Source: Azolla caroliniana
Lineage: Eukaryota > Plantae > Polypodiophyta
Direction of reading: 5' to 3'
DNA: 64,000 nt
NCBI GenBank assembly: GCA_043228905.1
Contig: JBHGNT010000018.1
Coordinates: 3,348,001 to 3,412,000, forward strand
The position numbers were made by a program, and so were the translations under genes. How positions within the stretch are numbered: position 1 is the stretch's first letter; the number at the start of each line of letters is the position of its first letter. The notes beneath the pieces are model-generated. The model saw nothing but the letters and a program-made list of their open reading frames with translations, was not told where the DNA came from and searched no databases. Shown here piece after piece: positions 12,601-24,300 of the stretch.

Positions 12601-15600
12601 AGAGAAAGAAAGAAAGATATATTAATGTCTTTTAGGAGGCCAAAATGGCCTATAAGACCAAATAAGAGATTACATCTTAAGTGTTGTCTCGTCTTTGAGA
12701 ACAAATTAAAATAAAATAAATATTACAAAGTAAATATAAAAGTAAATAACATGAAAAGAAAAGAAATGAGGGAATCTGGTTTTTGGCACATGTGAGATCC
12801 TCAAGTTAGGTATATTGTAGCTTTTGTCTTCGAAAGATCTCTAGCATAGGTCGATCCAAAATGGAAATGTCTCCGAAGCGAGGGAAGCACCTACAATGGC
12901 GGGAGATAATGGCGTTTATCTATCGATGACAAGGGTGTCGAGGTCATGGTCCATGGGGCCGAGGCCTACGTGCACAGAAAATTTTCATTGCCCGATCAAT
13001 TGTAACCCCTTTGTTATGTCTTAGTCTAAAGCCCATTTGTGTATCCCGGGGTTGACTTCTAGCATTAGGAGTGATGGGGCTAAAGAAAGTTGTGATTGTT
13101 CTTTGTGGATGAGCTTGTGTGGCTGTATTCTTCAACAACTTTTCACAATGTCTCTTGAGCTCTAGCAAGAAAAGTCCTAGGCATCGTTGGTCCTCATATT
13201 CCATTACCTTGCGTAGTGGGCCAAAGCCTTGTTTAAAGAGGCAATGGTATCTCCCTCTCATTTAATAAAAGACACTACAATGACAAACATGGTGTTCTTC
13301 AAATTCCACTCCTTGATGACACAATTGACAAATTCTCTCTTCTAGAGGTAGTCGTGTATATCTACCTACCTCAATCTGTAGCTGATGTGATGAAGTTCAC
13401 AGCTGCCCTATCACACTACGTAGCGCATAGGATAGATGTATGTCCATATAAGGTGGCCTGATGACAAATCCATCCTCCGATGTATGTAAGAAGTATGTCT
13501 TATAGTGGGTCATCTTTGTACCAAGTGGTATTTTGGGGCTGATCCATGTTATCTTGTTTTCCAAGTTAATAATATCAGTTTGGATCACTCTATTCTTTTC
13601 CACTTTGGTCATATTTAGATGGGGACAGTCCAAGCTATATTGGAACAAGGGTAGGGCATTTATACTCATGCCATGTGACTCGAACCATTGCTGCATTTCA
13701 GCATACCAACAATGAGTGTCTCCATTTTCAGCCAGTTGTTTTGATGACATAAGTGCCAACCTTGGGTACCTTCGTTTAGGGAGCTCCCCAAGACGTTGGA
13801 TAAATGTCACTGATCGGAACAACGCCTCGGTTATTATAGGTGCTGCTCCCATCTCTACCCGGATTATATCGTGGGGCATCGATGCTTTGCTCCTTATCAT
13901 GCGAGCAATCATTGACACTAAAGGTCTCTCTAAATCTTTCCAATGATTTGCCTTGTTAAGACTCGGTCCCCATGTCTCTACTCCATAGAGAAGAGTTGGT
14001 GTGACAAGTGTATCAAATAACCATAGCTTAGTCCATGGCTCTTGGAATTGCAAATGTGCACATTGTCTCTCGAGAGCACCAAGGGCTGCATATGCATGAG
14101 AAAGTTGGGCACAAGCAGCCTCCTGTAAGGAGAACCTAGGTCCTGTAAATGTTACTCCTAGGTATGTGTAGGAGCATGTGTATTCCACCTTTTCCTCTCC
14201 CAAGAAGAATTCTGGTTCTGATCTTGTTACCCATGCTTGGGTGGTGTTAAACACCATCACTTTAGTTTTATTCATGTTGATTGACAAACCTTTGTCCGTA
14301 CAAAATAGTTTTAAGGCATTTGGATGTCTTTGTAGTCCCTTCAGAGAGTCAGAAATCAGCACAATATCATCAGCATATAGTAATATTTGTATAGCTATAC
14401 CTGCTAGGTGTGCTCTGGAACCCCCAAATCTCTCTATGTACTGTGATACCTCATCTATATAGAGACCGAAGAGTGTGGGGGATAGTGGGCATCCTTGCTT
14501 CACACCAATTGTGCTAGCCACCGCCTCTAACAAGCCCTTAGAGAGAAAAGAACAAGAGATTACATACTAACAGTGAGGGGACTGAAAAACCACATCATGG
14601 CTTACCCACCATTAATTAAATGCATTTTCTATTTACTCTGAAATTCTTATCTTTTGTGTTTTTTGCAATGTCTGCGTAATCTCCATGTTCCAGCCCTGCA
14701 CTTTCTGCAGTGTCTGCCTAATCTTTATATTTCCGTCTCTTTTTCTTTTCCATATCCATGAAGCATATGACCAAGGCTTTTAAGATGTCTTATGCCCCCT
14801 ACTACTTCAACCTTATTTGAGATTATTTCATCCTTTAGGTACTTCGCTATATCATCATTCGGCTCTCAGTTCGATTTCTTTACAAGACTTGTGATACCTT
14901 TTCATAACTCTATCTTGAAAAAGGCATGCAACTCTTGTTTTGTTTCTCTATCTCTTGTTGCATTTCCTCTTTTAAGGCTCTTTCTATGTCATCTCTGATA
15001 TGATTGACGTCTAGTATAATCAAATGACATAAGAGATCACGTTTCCCTTCTTCAACATCTAATGGAACTTGCCTTTTGGGTTCCTTATGTGCCCTTGGTG
15101 CACTACCGATGTCCTTTTCTTTCTATAGTATCGTCTTGGGGTTTTCCATTGAGCTGAACCATCTTCATGGATGTTCAGATCCATATCTTCATTCATTGAC
15201 TATTCGAATTGATGGTTCAGAACAATGAGTAGAAGAATTAGGTTCGACAAACACAAAGAGAGGAACGCAAAGATTATGCCGACATTTCAAGAAACATGAG
15301 GGAAACTGAGAGATTAGGCAAACATTGCATAAAACAATTGAGGACAGGAACATAGAGATTAGGCAGACATTATAGAAAATGTAGAGAATAGGAACACAAA
15401 GACTATGCAAACATTACAAAAAACACAAGAGGAAGCAAGAACGGATGAAGAGGTAGGACGGAGCAACAAGAATACAAATTGTTACACAGTATTTTATCCC
15501 TTTCAGTAGCTTTATTGTGAATACTATACCACATGGACACTTTTTACTTTAAGCTTTTCTCCCTTGTGAACACAGCAAAACCAACCCTTGACATTATATC

Positions 15601-16956
15601 TCTCAACTCAATAATTTTCTCCAGCTTTCTCTGACATTTGTACTCTCATTAGTACTATGCGTTTACTCTACAATGTAATCTCATAATTCCAGCCGAACTA
15701 TCTACACTGTCTCTTCTCGTTACACAAATAGAGCTAATTGTATTTCTATTGATCTTCGATCAATCTCAACAAATATCACCCCAACTAGGAGAAAACGCAA
15801 TAGGAGTAAGAAGTGGGCAATATGAGGAATAAAAAACATTTCAGGCATTTCAAGCAGCAGAAAAAAGAATCACTCATAGCCTGAAACATTTCAAGCATTT
15901 CTCTCCCAGGTTTGTCTGTGATATATATTAAAGCAAATGCAGCCATGCTCAGTGTGTAATCAATTAATGTGCATGTGAAGTATAGCTTTTTGCATAACGA
16001 AATTTGTAACCCTAACTTTGATGAATTTCTTTGATCGTAATCAGTTTAAATATAGAAGGATCTTCAAGACCTTCAGTGAATCTTCTCTACAAAGATCTCC
16101 GAATAACATATCCATCATATGGCAATTTTGATGAGGATTTAAGAAAGAAAATAAAAAAAATTATACACGATTTTGTTTCTTTTCGGTGTCAATTGCAACC
16201 ACTCGCTGAGACACAAAGGAAAGTTAGATTGATATTTTGATTATTGAAGTACATATTTCACGATGGAAAATATTTATAAAACTTGATAGGGAGGGAGAGA
16301 GGAGCAATTGCACCTGACTACGCTTGCACTGGAAGTACGTGTCACGTAGACCCACACACTCATTTGGTATTTTAGGACTTGTTTCCTTTGCACAGTCTCT
16401 ATAACTTCTCTTTTCAATCTGACATCAATTGAAATTATATATAAATTCAATGAGTATATTAGCAAAATAATTACCCAGGCTATTTCTAGTAAGTCCCATG
16501 AAGTCGTCATAAATATTAATATTTCAATAACCTGATAAACTAGCAGTGTTGCCATTTAGCTTCATTTTCCCAATAACGTATGCTTAAGAATGCCCTCTTA
16601 CAGTTAAATGTTTAGGTTGCCAAATATTTCTCAATACATATCTTACAGAATGCATAATAAAGCCCACAATGAAGGATAATTATTAACCTCAATTTCCCAA
16701 CTTACTATTTTGGTTGATCTTGCCAGTTCATTTCTCAGTATAGATAAAAACTCAAATAGCAAAGCTTTTAGAAATCTTTTTATGTTGAATTATGAAGGTT
16801 AGACAGATCCTACATTAGTTATGGCCGGACTTTACTGTTAAGAGACTTTTATAATGAGCTGGTATATTTTATTGCTTCAAATAGTACCTTCATGCAATCT
16901 GATTCACTCAGGCACTTTACGAGCTCCATAGCCACACCTTTGCAAGACTTAGCCAT
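6698..16956 (-). CDS. COA5: Cytochrome c oxidase assembly factor COA5/PET191 (twin CX9C-type), 71 aa. Coding exons 16956-16888, 16418-16314, 6739-6698
   Basis: Spliced translation MAKSCKGVAMELVKCLSESDCMK|IEKRSYRDCAKETSPKIPNECVGLRDTYFQCKRSQ|VDMRSRIRGNKGY*. All junctions are GT-AG and phase 0. The CKRxQVDMRxRIRGNKGY end is the PET191 signature. Confidence 0.93.
7110..7845 (-). mobile_element. 5'-truncated RTE-like LINE, family A (3' end only)
   Basis: Close match to 12604-13330. Encodes the C-terminal Cys/His region (HxVCHC...EIRGRYHC) and ends in a (TTTC)n tail. Confidence 0.8.
7846..10920 (-). mobile_element. Degenerate 5'-truncated RTE-like LINE, family B, interrupted by a solo LTR
   Basis: RT motifs PIHKGGD..DPNTYRTI, EQAGFR, CFVDFRKAFD, GVKQG.PLSP, YVYLG, and C-terminal RLCRLC..EDEHQF..C. 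Contains frameshifts and a deletion of the YADD segment. Confidence 0.88.
9361..9782. mobile_element. Solo LTR (422 bp) inserted in LINE B
   Basis: TGTTGG...CTCACA termini with a 5-bp TSD TCCTC (9356-9360, 9783-9787). Removal rejoins the RT as EDFCTQRG|LVVNLAK. Confidence 0.85.
10931..11606. repeat. ~145-bp inverted repeat pair (10931-11076 / 11464-11606) in an LTR-like region
   Basis: The arms are reverse complements, e.g. ctccatgtgctacatcaagt / acttgatgtagcacatggag and tcatttattgtaatgagccca / tgggctcattacaataaatga. Confidence 0.8.
12604..14536 (-). mobile_element. 5'-truncated RTE-like LINE, family A
   Basis: ORF 13397-14533 has GVKQGCPLSP, LLYADD and YTYLG, followed by a C-terminal Cys/His domain, 3' UTR and (TTTC)n tail. 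Confidence 0.92.
14650..15432. mobile_element. Putative non-autonomous DNA transposon with inverted ~40-bp subterminal repeats
   Basis: The unit ggaac.nagagattaggcagacattgc occurs twice on the minus strand at 14654-14740 and four times on the plus strand at 15260-15430. No TSD resolved. Confidence 0.55.
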
Positions 16957-17095
16957 AGCTCTCTGCACTGTAACACACAGCATTTCTCTCTTTCTTTGTT
17001 TAATTAAGCTTAATTATTTCTGTATTGATTTACCATACTGTGCATATTAAGAAACTTTTAGGAGATTGTTACGTACAAAGTCATCTAAATATCAA

Positions 17096-17480
17096 AAGCC
17101 TTCAACCTTGACTTGCACAAGACTTTTTGCAACTAGAAATAGAGCACATTCATGGGAAAATTTGACAATCGGCATGATGCTGAATCTAGCTGAAAGAAAA
17201 ATTAGAATACTAAATATGAGAAGCCTTCAACCTTGACTTGCACAAGACGTTTTGCAACTAGCAATAGAGCATTCATGGGAAAATTTGACAATGGGCATGA
17301 TGCTGAATCTAGCTAAAAGAAAAATTAGAATAACAGGGATCTCATGTTGACATGAAAAGCCTATAAGGAGGCCTCTACCTCAATAGAGATGGGATGATGC
17401 TGAATCTAACAAGGATAAAACTCAAATAACAGTAATTTTACATCAACATGAGAAGCCTATTAGGATACCTCTACCTCTTG
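17096..17480. repeat. ~125-bp tandem duplication plus degenerate partial copies
   Basis: aagccttcaaccttgacttgcacaagac...gctgaatctagct at 17096 and 17221. Confidence 0.75.
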
Positions 17481-19357
17481 AAGAGTGGATGGCTATGGAG
17501 AGTAAAAAGAATTGTAGAACACCCATGGCTTGTGTGGCAAAGGCTAAACATCTGCTAACTAAGATCTAGGTCTGGCTGCTACTATAGAGAGATGATTTTA
17601 ATAATGAAAATAAGCCATTGGAAACATAAATATCTAAATGATTGGGGAATAATTGCCATGAAATCCTACATGGTATCATCCTTTTTTGTGACAAGAGATT
17701 GCATATCATACTTGACCAAGAATATTAGATAGCAGAACATAATATAAAAATCTTGTGCCCTAAGATATCTTTCTATATCGCATCAAGCTAATATTAATTT
17801 CTACAAGGAAACAACCAATACCGATTATTATTCTGAAGGAAATTGAATGTCCAAAACATGTGTATTGTATACAAAAAGGCTTTCCTAGATCAAATATATC
17901 CAAATCTATCCTTCATCATCAATTCAAAGTTAAGATTTGAGGCATACATAACATGGAAAAGTACATAATCAAATTCCACAGCTAACCAAATAATGTATGG
18001 AGTTTTCCTCAGCCATAAAATAAGCTCATCGAATACTTTGTAAAGAGAAGAACAAAAATCAGAAACGAAATTCCTCCCTCATCTTCTGTCCATGCTTTTG
18101 AAAACAAACTTTTTGAGTTCAACAGGTCAAATAATAGAAAGTTTGTTTGGTTGCACTTGAAATGTTTGCCACCCTACTGGCAATAAAACGTTTCTTATCC
18201 TCTGTAAAAATGCATGATTCATTAACACTTCTCCATTTACAGACTTGAATTGTAAAGAAATGGGAGAAGGGAGGAGACTTTGAATGAAAAGATAACGAAT
18301 GAATAAACAATGAACATGAAGGAAGCTCCTATTCAAGTTTTAGGGAATGGTAACAGTTCTCTGCATGATAAACCAAGCTTCTAACTTTCAATATAAGATG
18401 AAAAAACCACTGTTTGTAATCCTATAATCATGATGACGTTTCCTGTTTGTACATATTGATACAATAACATAATTTACATACTTATTGAGACTTTCCAGCT
18501 CTGATGGAGGTTACTTTTTGCCCCGAGTCGCTAGGCTATTGTGCCTTTTTGTCAGCTAAATTGCTATAATATCCACAAGGTTAACACAAGTGACTTTCTT
18601 CTTGAACCTTATTGCATGCAACTTTCACAAATTAAACTCTTACAAGAAATAAACATAATAACCTGTTGCTTTCTACTAATCTCTACCAGATAACCAAATT
18701 CTAGCAACTAAAACCCATAAGGGCTTTACATGCTCACAACCCTATGGTGATATTAAACAAATAAAAAATTATATTTTGCTATCCACACAAAGAAAATCTC
18801 TGTGTTTCTCACATGGATCTTTACCAGACATTTAAAAACTAGCGATTAAAACTCTATCTTCCAATTTCACATTATCACAAGTGTTATGTATAGAAGACAT
18901 GAAACAGTTAAAATTTCTTTTACTATACACAACACAGATTCCCAATGCCTCTCTACCGGATATTCAAATTCCGGCAAATAAAAATATCCTTTTTTTACAG
19001 GAAAACATAATACTAAATCCTGTAGATGGACATTAAGTTGCCATCGAGAGAAGCTTGGATTTGTATATAAATTATAAGGATTGCAGAGGGATAAAAATCA
19101 GAGAAACTTTACAGCATAAAAATAATGATATCAGAAAAGGATAACATAAAAAATCACGTGCTCTGCATATACACATACTTTGGACACAGAGAGAGGGAGG
19201 GAGAGAGAGAGAGAATCATACATGGTTTAGAAGGGGAAGAAAAGAAAAGGCATGAAATTACTCAATAAAGAAGCAAGATTACACATATGTACATTGAACA
19301 AAAAACGAACGAATGGAAGAATGTAAAGGAGAAGGAGATGAAGTAATGGAAGCTTAC

Positions 19358-19480
19358 CAGGAGTGAGCAGCGGCAGAAGAAGAAGAAGAAGAAGAAGAAG
19401 AAGAAATGCTGCCTGCTTCTTCTCAATAAATAAATCATGTCTTCTGCTTCTGCAGCTGCAGCAGCCAAAAGAACCTGGAA
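19358..19480 (-). other. Probable non-coding first exon (5' UTR) of COA5 with a (CTT)n tract
   Basis: CT-rich leader ending in the donor CTG|GTAAGC at 19358/19357, with an acceptor at 16968-16969 just upstream of the ATG exon. The TSS position is approximate. Confidence 0.55.
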
Positions 19481-20184
19481 TTATCGGAATTTATAAAACT
19501 GGCCATAGTACGTAATATACTCGAATGCATTGGCAAACATTAGTTCCATACGAATGAAGCCGAATGCGTATGTTATCAAACATTCTTATGTTTTTTTTTA
19601 TTTACACTTTTTACCTTACATTCTTACCTGAAATGTTTTTTTTACCTTACAATAAATAAATAATGAATACAAAAATATTGGTATTTAGCATACTTGGAGG
19701 GTGTTTACCATACTCGAAATGATTGGAACATTCTCGAATGCGAATGCGCGTATGGTATGTATGGTTCATGGCCAAAGCTCAGGTTTTGAGGAGCGAATTT
19801 ACAAAAATAGCCCCTCCTCCTAGAGAGCCTTTCTTTTGAGCCTTAGCTCCGTGTAGCTCTTCTCAAGCTTTGAATCATATCAAACAATGACTCGCATACC
19901 ATTTTTTGTCATTGAATGTTGGACGTCCATTATTTCGAAAATCCTTGGCATACCCCTCTCTCCCTTCGTATTCTCGAAGTTGTGACACTCTTTCATCACC
20001 GCCTATATGGAGCTACTCCATCTGTCCTACTTGCTTAATTACTAGAACCTACGATCACCTTATTGTATTTGTTAAATTCATGATAACCAATATTGACAAT
20101 GTCTATGTTGGTTGTTTCGAGTAGAGCACTATATCTTTCATTCAATGAAAGTTTTACTTATATATATCTCATGTCGAATTAGAT

Positions 20185-21315
20185 ATGGCTCACACAAGGT
20201 TGGAGGTTCAAACCCTCCTCGGTGCGACTTTGAGAGAGACCAATAGTGTTCATCTTATGACAATCTACATGTTTCCATGGATCTAGCAACTCAAGATAAT
20301 GAAGATTGATCGCCTTGTTTTGAACCTAAGGTCAGAGATTCAAGCCCTCCTTGGCACGACTATGAGAACTACCAATGTTGTTCATCTTATGTCTATGTGT
20401 TTCCATGGATCTATAAACTCAAGAATTATATCAAAAACTCAAATGGTTAAAGCACATTAACTAATATTGATCGCATTGTTTTGGACCACAAATTATATCA
20501 AAACTCAAATGGTTAAAGCACATTAATGTTAGTCGGAGGTTCAAGCCCTCATTGTAGCGACAATGATTAGGTGTTTCCTTGGATTTGTAAACTCAAGACA
20601 ACCAACGTTGATTATCATATAGATGGAACAACAAGTTTAGTACTTAGATAGCTTATGCTCGAATGTCAAAACTATGGCTTCAATAACTCAAATGATTAGA
20701 GTGTATGGTTTTTAATCATAAGGTTAGATATTCAAGCCCTATATGGAGTGACTATGGAAACCACCAATTTTGTTCATCTTATGTTTAGGTGTTTCCTTGG
20801 ATATGTAAACTCATGAGACCAATATTAATTGTTGCATTGTTTTGGGCGGAGCATCATATCTTGCTTCAACGATGTCTTCAATACCTCAAATGGTTAGATC
20901 ATATGGTTGTTAACCATAAGGATGGAGATTTGGCCCCTCCTTGGGGTGACTTCAACCTCATGTTGAAGGTGGAAACAATAGTTTCAATAGCTTAGGAGGT
21001 TGACGCTCTCCTTGTAGCAATTGTTCGAGAACTACCAAATTATGGCGTTCGTCTTATTTTCAGGCATTTCCTTGGATTGGTAAACTCAAGCCAATGAATA
21101 TGGATAGCCATATTGTTTTGGACAGAGCATTATATCTTTACTTCAACCAAGATTTTTTCTGAGGTAGTCATGTTAAATGTTTAAAAAATGGCTTCAATAA
21201 CCCTTATTGTTAGAGTGTATATTGGGAGTTAACCATAAGGTCAAAGGCTCAAGCCATTATTGGAAGTCATTGGAGAGACTAATGAGAACTACTAATGTTG
21301 CACATCTTTTGATTA
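20185..21315 (+). repeat. Degenerate tandem array of tRNA-Asn(GTT)-derived ~200-bp units, block 1
   Basis: Repeated gcttcaatagctca..tggttagagc.tatggttgttaaccataaggtcggaggttcaagccctccttggagcg-like heads, each followed by a shared spacer (actatg...gttcatcttatgtttaggtgtttccttggat.tgtaaactca...). Confidence 0.8.
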
Positions 21316-24300
21316 GGTATAATGATCAAGAGCTCGACCCATATAACATAAGGTCATGGGTTCGAGTCTTGCCATATCATGACACTATCCCCCCCTTAAG
21401 ACGACGAGTGTAACGAGTCGACGTTGATTGAGGACTGGGTTTGTTCGGATACTATCGGTGGAAATCAGCAAGAAGATCCCGAGCATTGGCGACATGCTCG
21501 ACGGGTTCCCAAGTACGTTTGCTCAGACTATAGCCAAGCCAATTGACCAAATAATAAAGTTTGTTGCGAACAAATTTGGAGTCGAGGACGGCAACAACTT
21601 CATACTCCGTGTCGGCGTCTAACTGAAGCGGCGGTGGTGTAACACGATCGATAATAGTGTTTGCTTTATAAGGTTCAAGAAGAGAACTATGGAAGACCAT
21701 ATGTATCTGAAGATACGGAGGAAGATCAAGGTGGAATGTGACATCATTAACCTTACCGGGAATACGGAAAGGATTGAGACGTCGATAATCCAACTTGTCG
21801 CACGATCGAGTAGTCTTGATGTGACGACGTAAGAGCCATACTCGATCTCCAATGGCAAAAGAAGAGGGAAGTTGATGAAGATTCGCATAAGTCTTTTGTG
21901 TGTGTTGAGCATGACGAAGATGAGTAGAGAGATCCATCTGGATCTTGCGTAGCCTCTCACAAATGATCCTCAACACGAGGATTGGTAGGTAGCTCAGGGG
22001 CGTCGATCACAGACCAAGGAGGATGAGAACCAGTATAAGCATAAAATGGGGAGACCCGAGTTGAGGAGTGAATAACGTTATTATAAGAAAACTCTGCAAA
22101 GTGGAGAATATCAGCCCAATCGTCCTATTGATAACTCAGAAAACATCATAGGTATTGTTCTAGTGTTTGATTTGTTTGTTCCGCCTGCCCATCAATCTGG
22201 GGATGGTAGCCGGAGGAGAGGTTACAAGAGACCTTGAGCATCTTGAAGAGATGCTACCAAAATTTGGAGACGAATTGAGGTCCTCGGTCATTGATGATAC
22301 TGTCTAGGAGGCCATGATGTCGAAATACCTCACGCATGACAAGGGCGGCAGTTTCCTCACTAGTGATGACCTTAGTACACGACACAAAATGTGCCATCTT
22401 AGTATATCGATCAACGATGGTTAAGATAACATCGAAACCCTTCGAGACTGGCAGATCTGTGATAAAATCAAGACAAATAGACTGTCATGGCTTACTTGGA
22501 ATCGATAAGGGTTCCAACAAGCCATATGGATGATGTCGTGGCATCTTTGCTCGGTAGCAAGCATCACAAGTCCGAACGTAGTCGTCGACAAAACGTCGCA
22601 TATGGGGCCACCAAAAAGATCGTTGAACTAGATCCAACGTCTTCGTACTACCGAAATGTCCCGTTGTATGGGTGTCGTGACAATTTTGGACGATTTGAAG
22701 GCGACAGGAGCAATCGGGAACATATGCGAGCTTTTTAAAGAACAATAAACCATCATGATATTCGAATTGTCGGTAGTCCATACCTAGTTGTTGAGACTGG
22801 GAACAGGATCCCCGAGAGGTATCAATCTGCGCTAGATTGGTTTGAGCAAAACTGTCCATCTTCAAGTTAGCACATATGGCATCGATAATACGGGAATCTA
22901 GTGGAGTGTGAAAAAACCGCGTTGTGTGCAAACGTGTTGGTCCCAAGATTACTTGCTTTTGATTATCAAATGCTGGATCACCAGGACGAGGTGCAAGATA
23001 TGAACGCCGCGATAATGCATCTGTTTTTCCTTGCTGCTTCCCTAGTCGATATGTGATTTTGAAGTCAAAACGCGTGAGGAATTGGGCCCACTGAGCTTGC
23101 CGTCGATTTAGTACACGAGCGTTCTGGAAATAAGCATCATTTTTGTGATCACTGAAGACGATGACTTGATGTGGAGAGCCCTCTAAGAAGTGCCGCCATT
23201 GCACAAATGAATCCACGATGGCTAATAAATCCTTGTCATGTATCTCATAGTTGATTTCCGCAACATCAAATTTGCGCGAATGGAAAGCCACAAGATGTAA
23301 CTCTTCTTTATCTCCTTGTTGAGAAAGGATGCTACTGAGGGCGAAATCTGATGCGTCGGCCTCCATGATGAATGGTTTTTTTTAATCCACATGAGCTAGA
23401 ATATGAGTTGATGTAAAGGCTTTCTTAAGATGCCTAAAAGCCATGTCCGCTTCATTGGACCAAAGAAATGCTTGTTCCTTCTTCGTAAGTTGTGTGAGAG
23501 GTAAAATAATCTTCGAGTAATCTTGTAAACTTGTGGTAGAAGTTAGCAAAACCTAGGAAACATTGTACATCTCGTAACGAACATGGAGTTTGCCACTCTA
23601 GCACAATTTTGACTTTAGCCGGATCCATGGAGATGCCCTTTGAGGAGATGACGTAGCCTAGAAATTCCACTTGCTTGCAGTCAAAGCTACATTTTTCTAG
23701 TTCGGCATAAAGACCATTCTCTCAGAGTCATTTTAGTACTAATACTACATGAGAATCATGCTTTTCCTGGGTCTTCAAATAAATCAATAGATAATCCAGA
23801 TAGATGATCAAACAGATATCCAACAGGTCTCTGAATATATCATTTTCCATGTGCTGGAAGACTGCGGGCGCATTGATTAGACCGAACGGCATAACGGTAA
23901 ATACTCAAAATGCCCATACCGCGTGCGAAAGGCGGTCTTCCATTCGTCTCCCGATCGGATTCGCACGAGGTTATATGCTCCTCGTAGATCAATTTTTGTA
24001 AAAAACTTGGCACCATTTACTCGCTCTAAAAGACTTGATATAAGAGGAAGTGCGTACCTATTCTTGATGGTGACCTTATTCAAGCCGCGGTAATCAATGA
24101 CGAGATGAAGGGATCGATCTTTCTTATTGACAAAGTCGATGGGTGCATCGGCCGGAGATTTTGAATGACGAATAAACCCACTTGCCAAGTTCTCCTCTAC
24201 GTAGGCTCGAAGGACTTCTAACTCGGTTGGTGACAAGTTGTAAATTGGTCCCATGGTGGCTCTGTTCCTGGTTGTAAATCAATGGGACAATCAGAGGGAT

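Noticed and set aside
7110-13330. 7110-7845 and 12604-13330 as a pair of LTRs
   Set aside because: They are LINE 3' ends with coding remnants and (TTTC)n tails, with no TG..CA ends, PBS or PPT.
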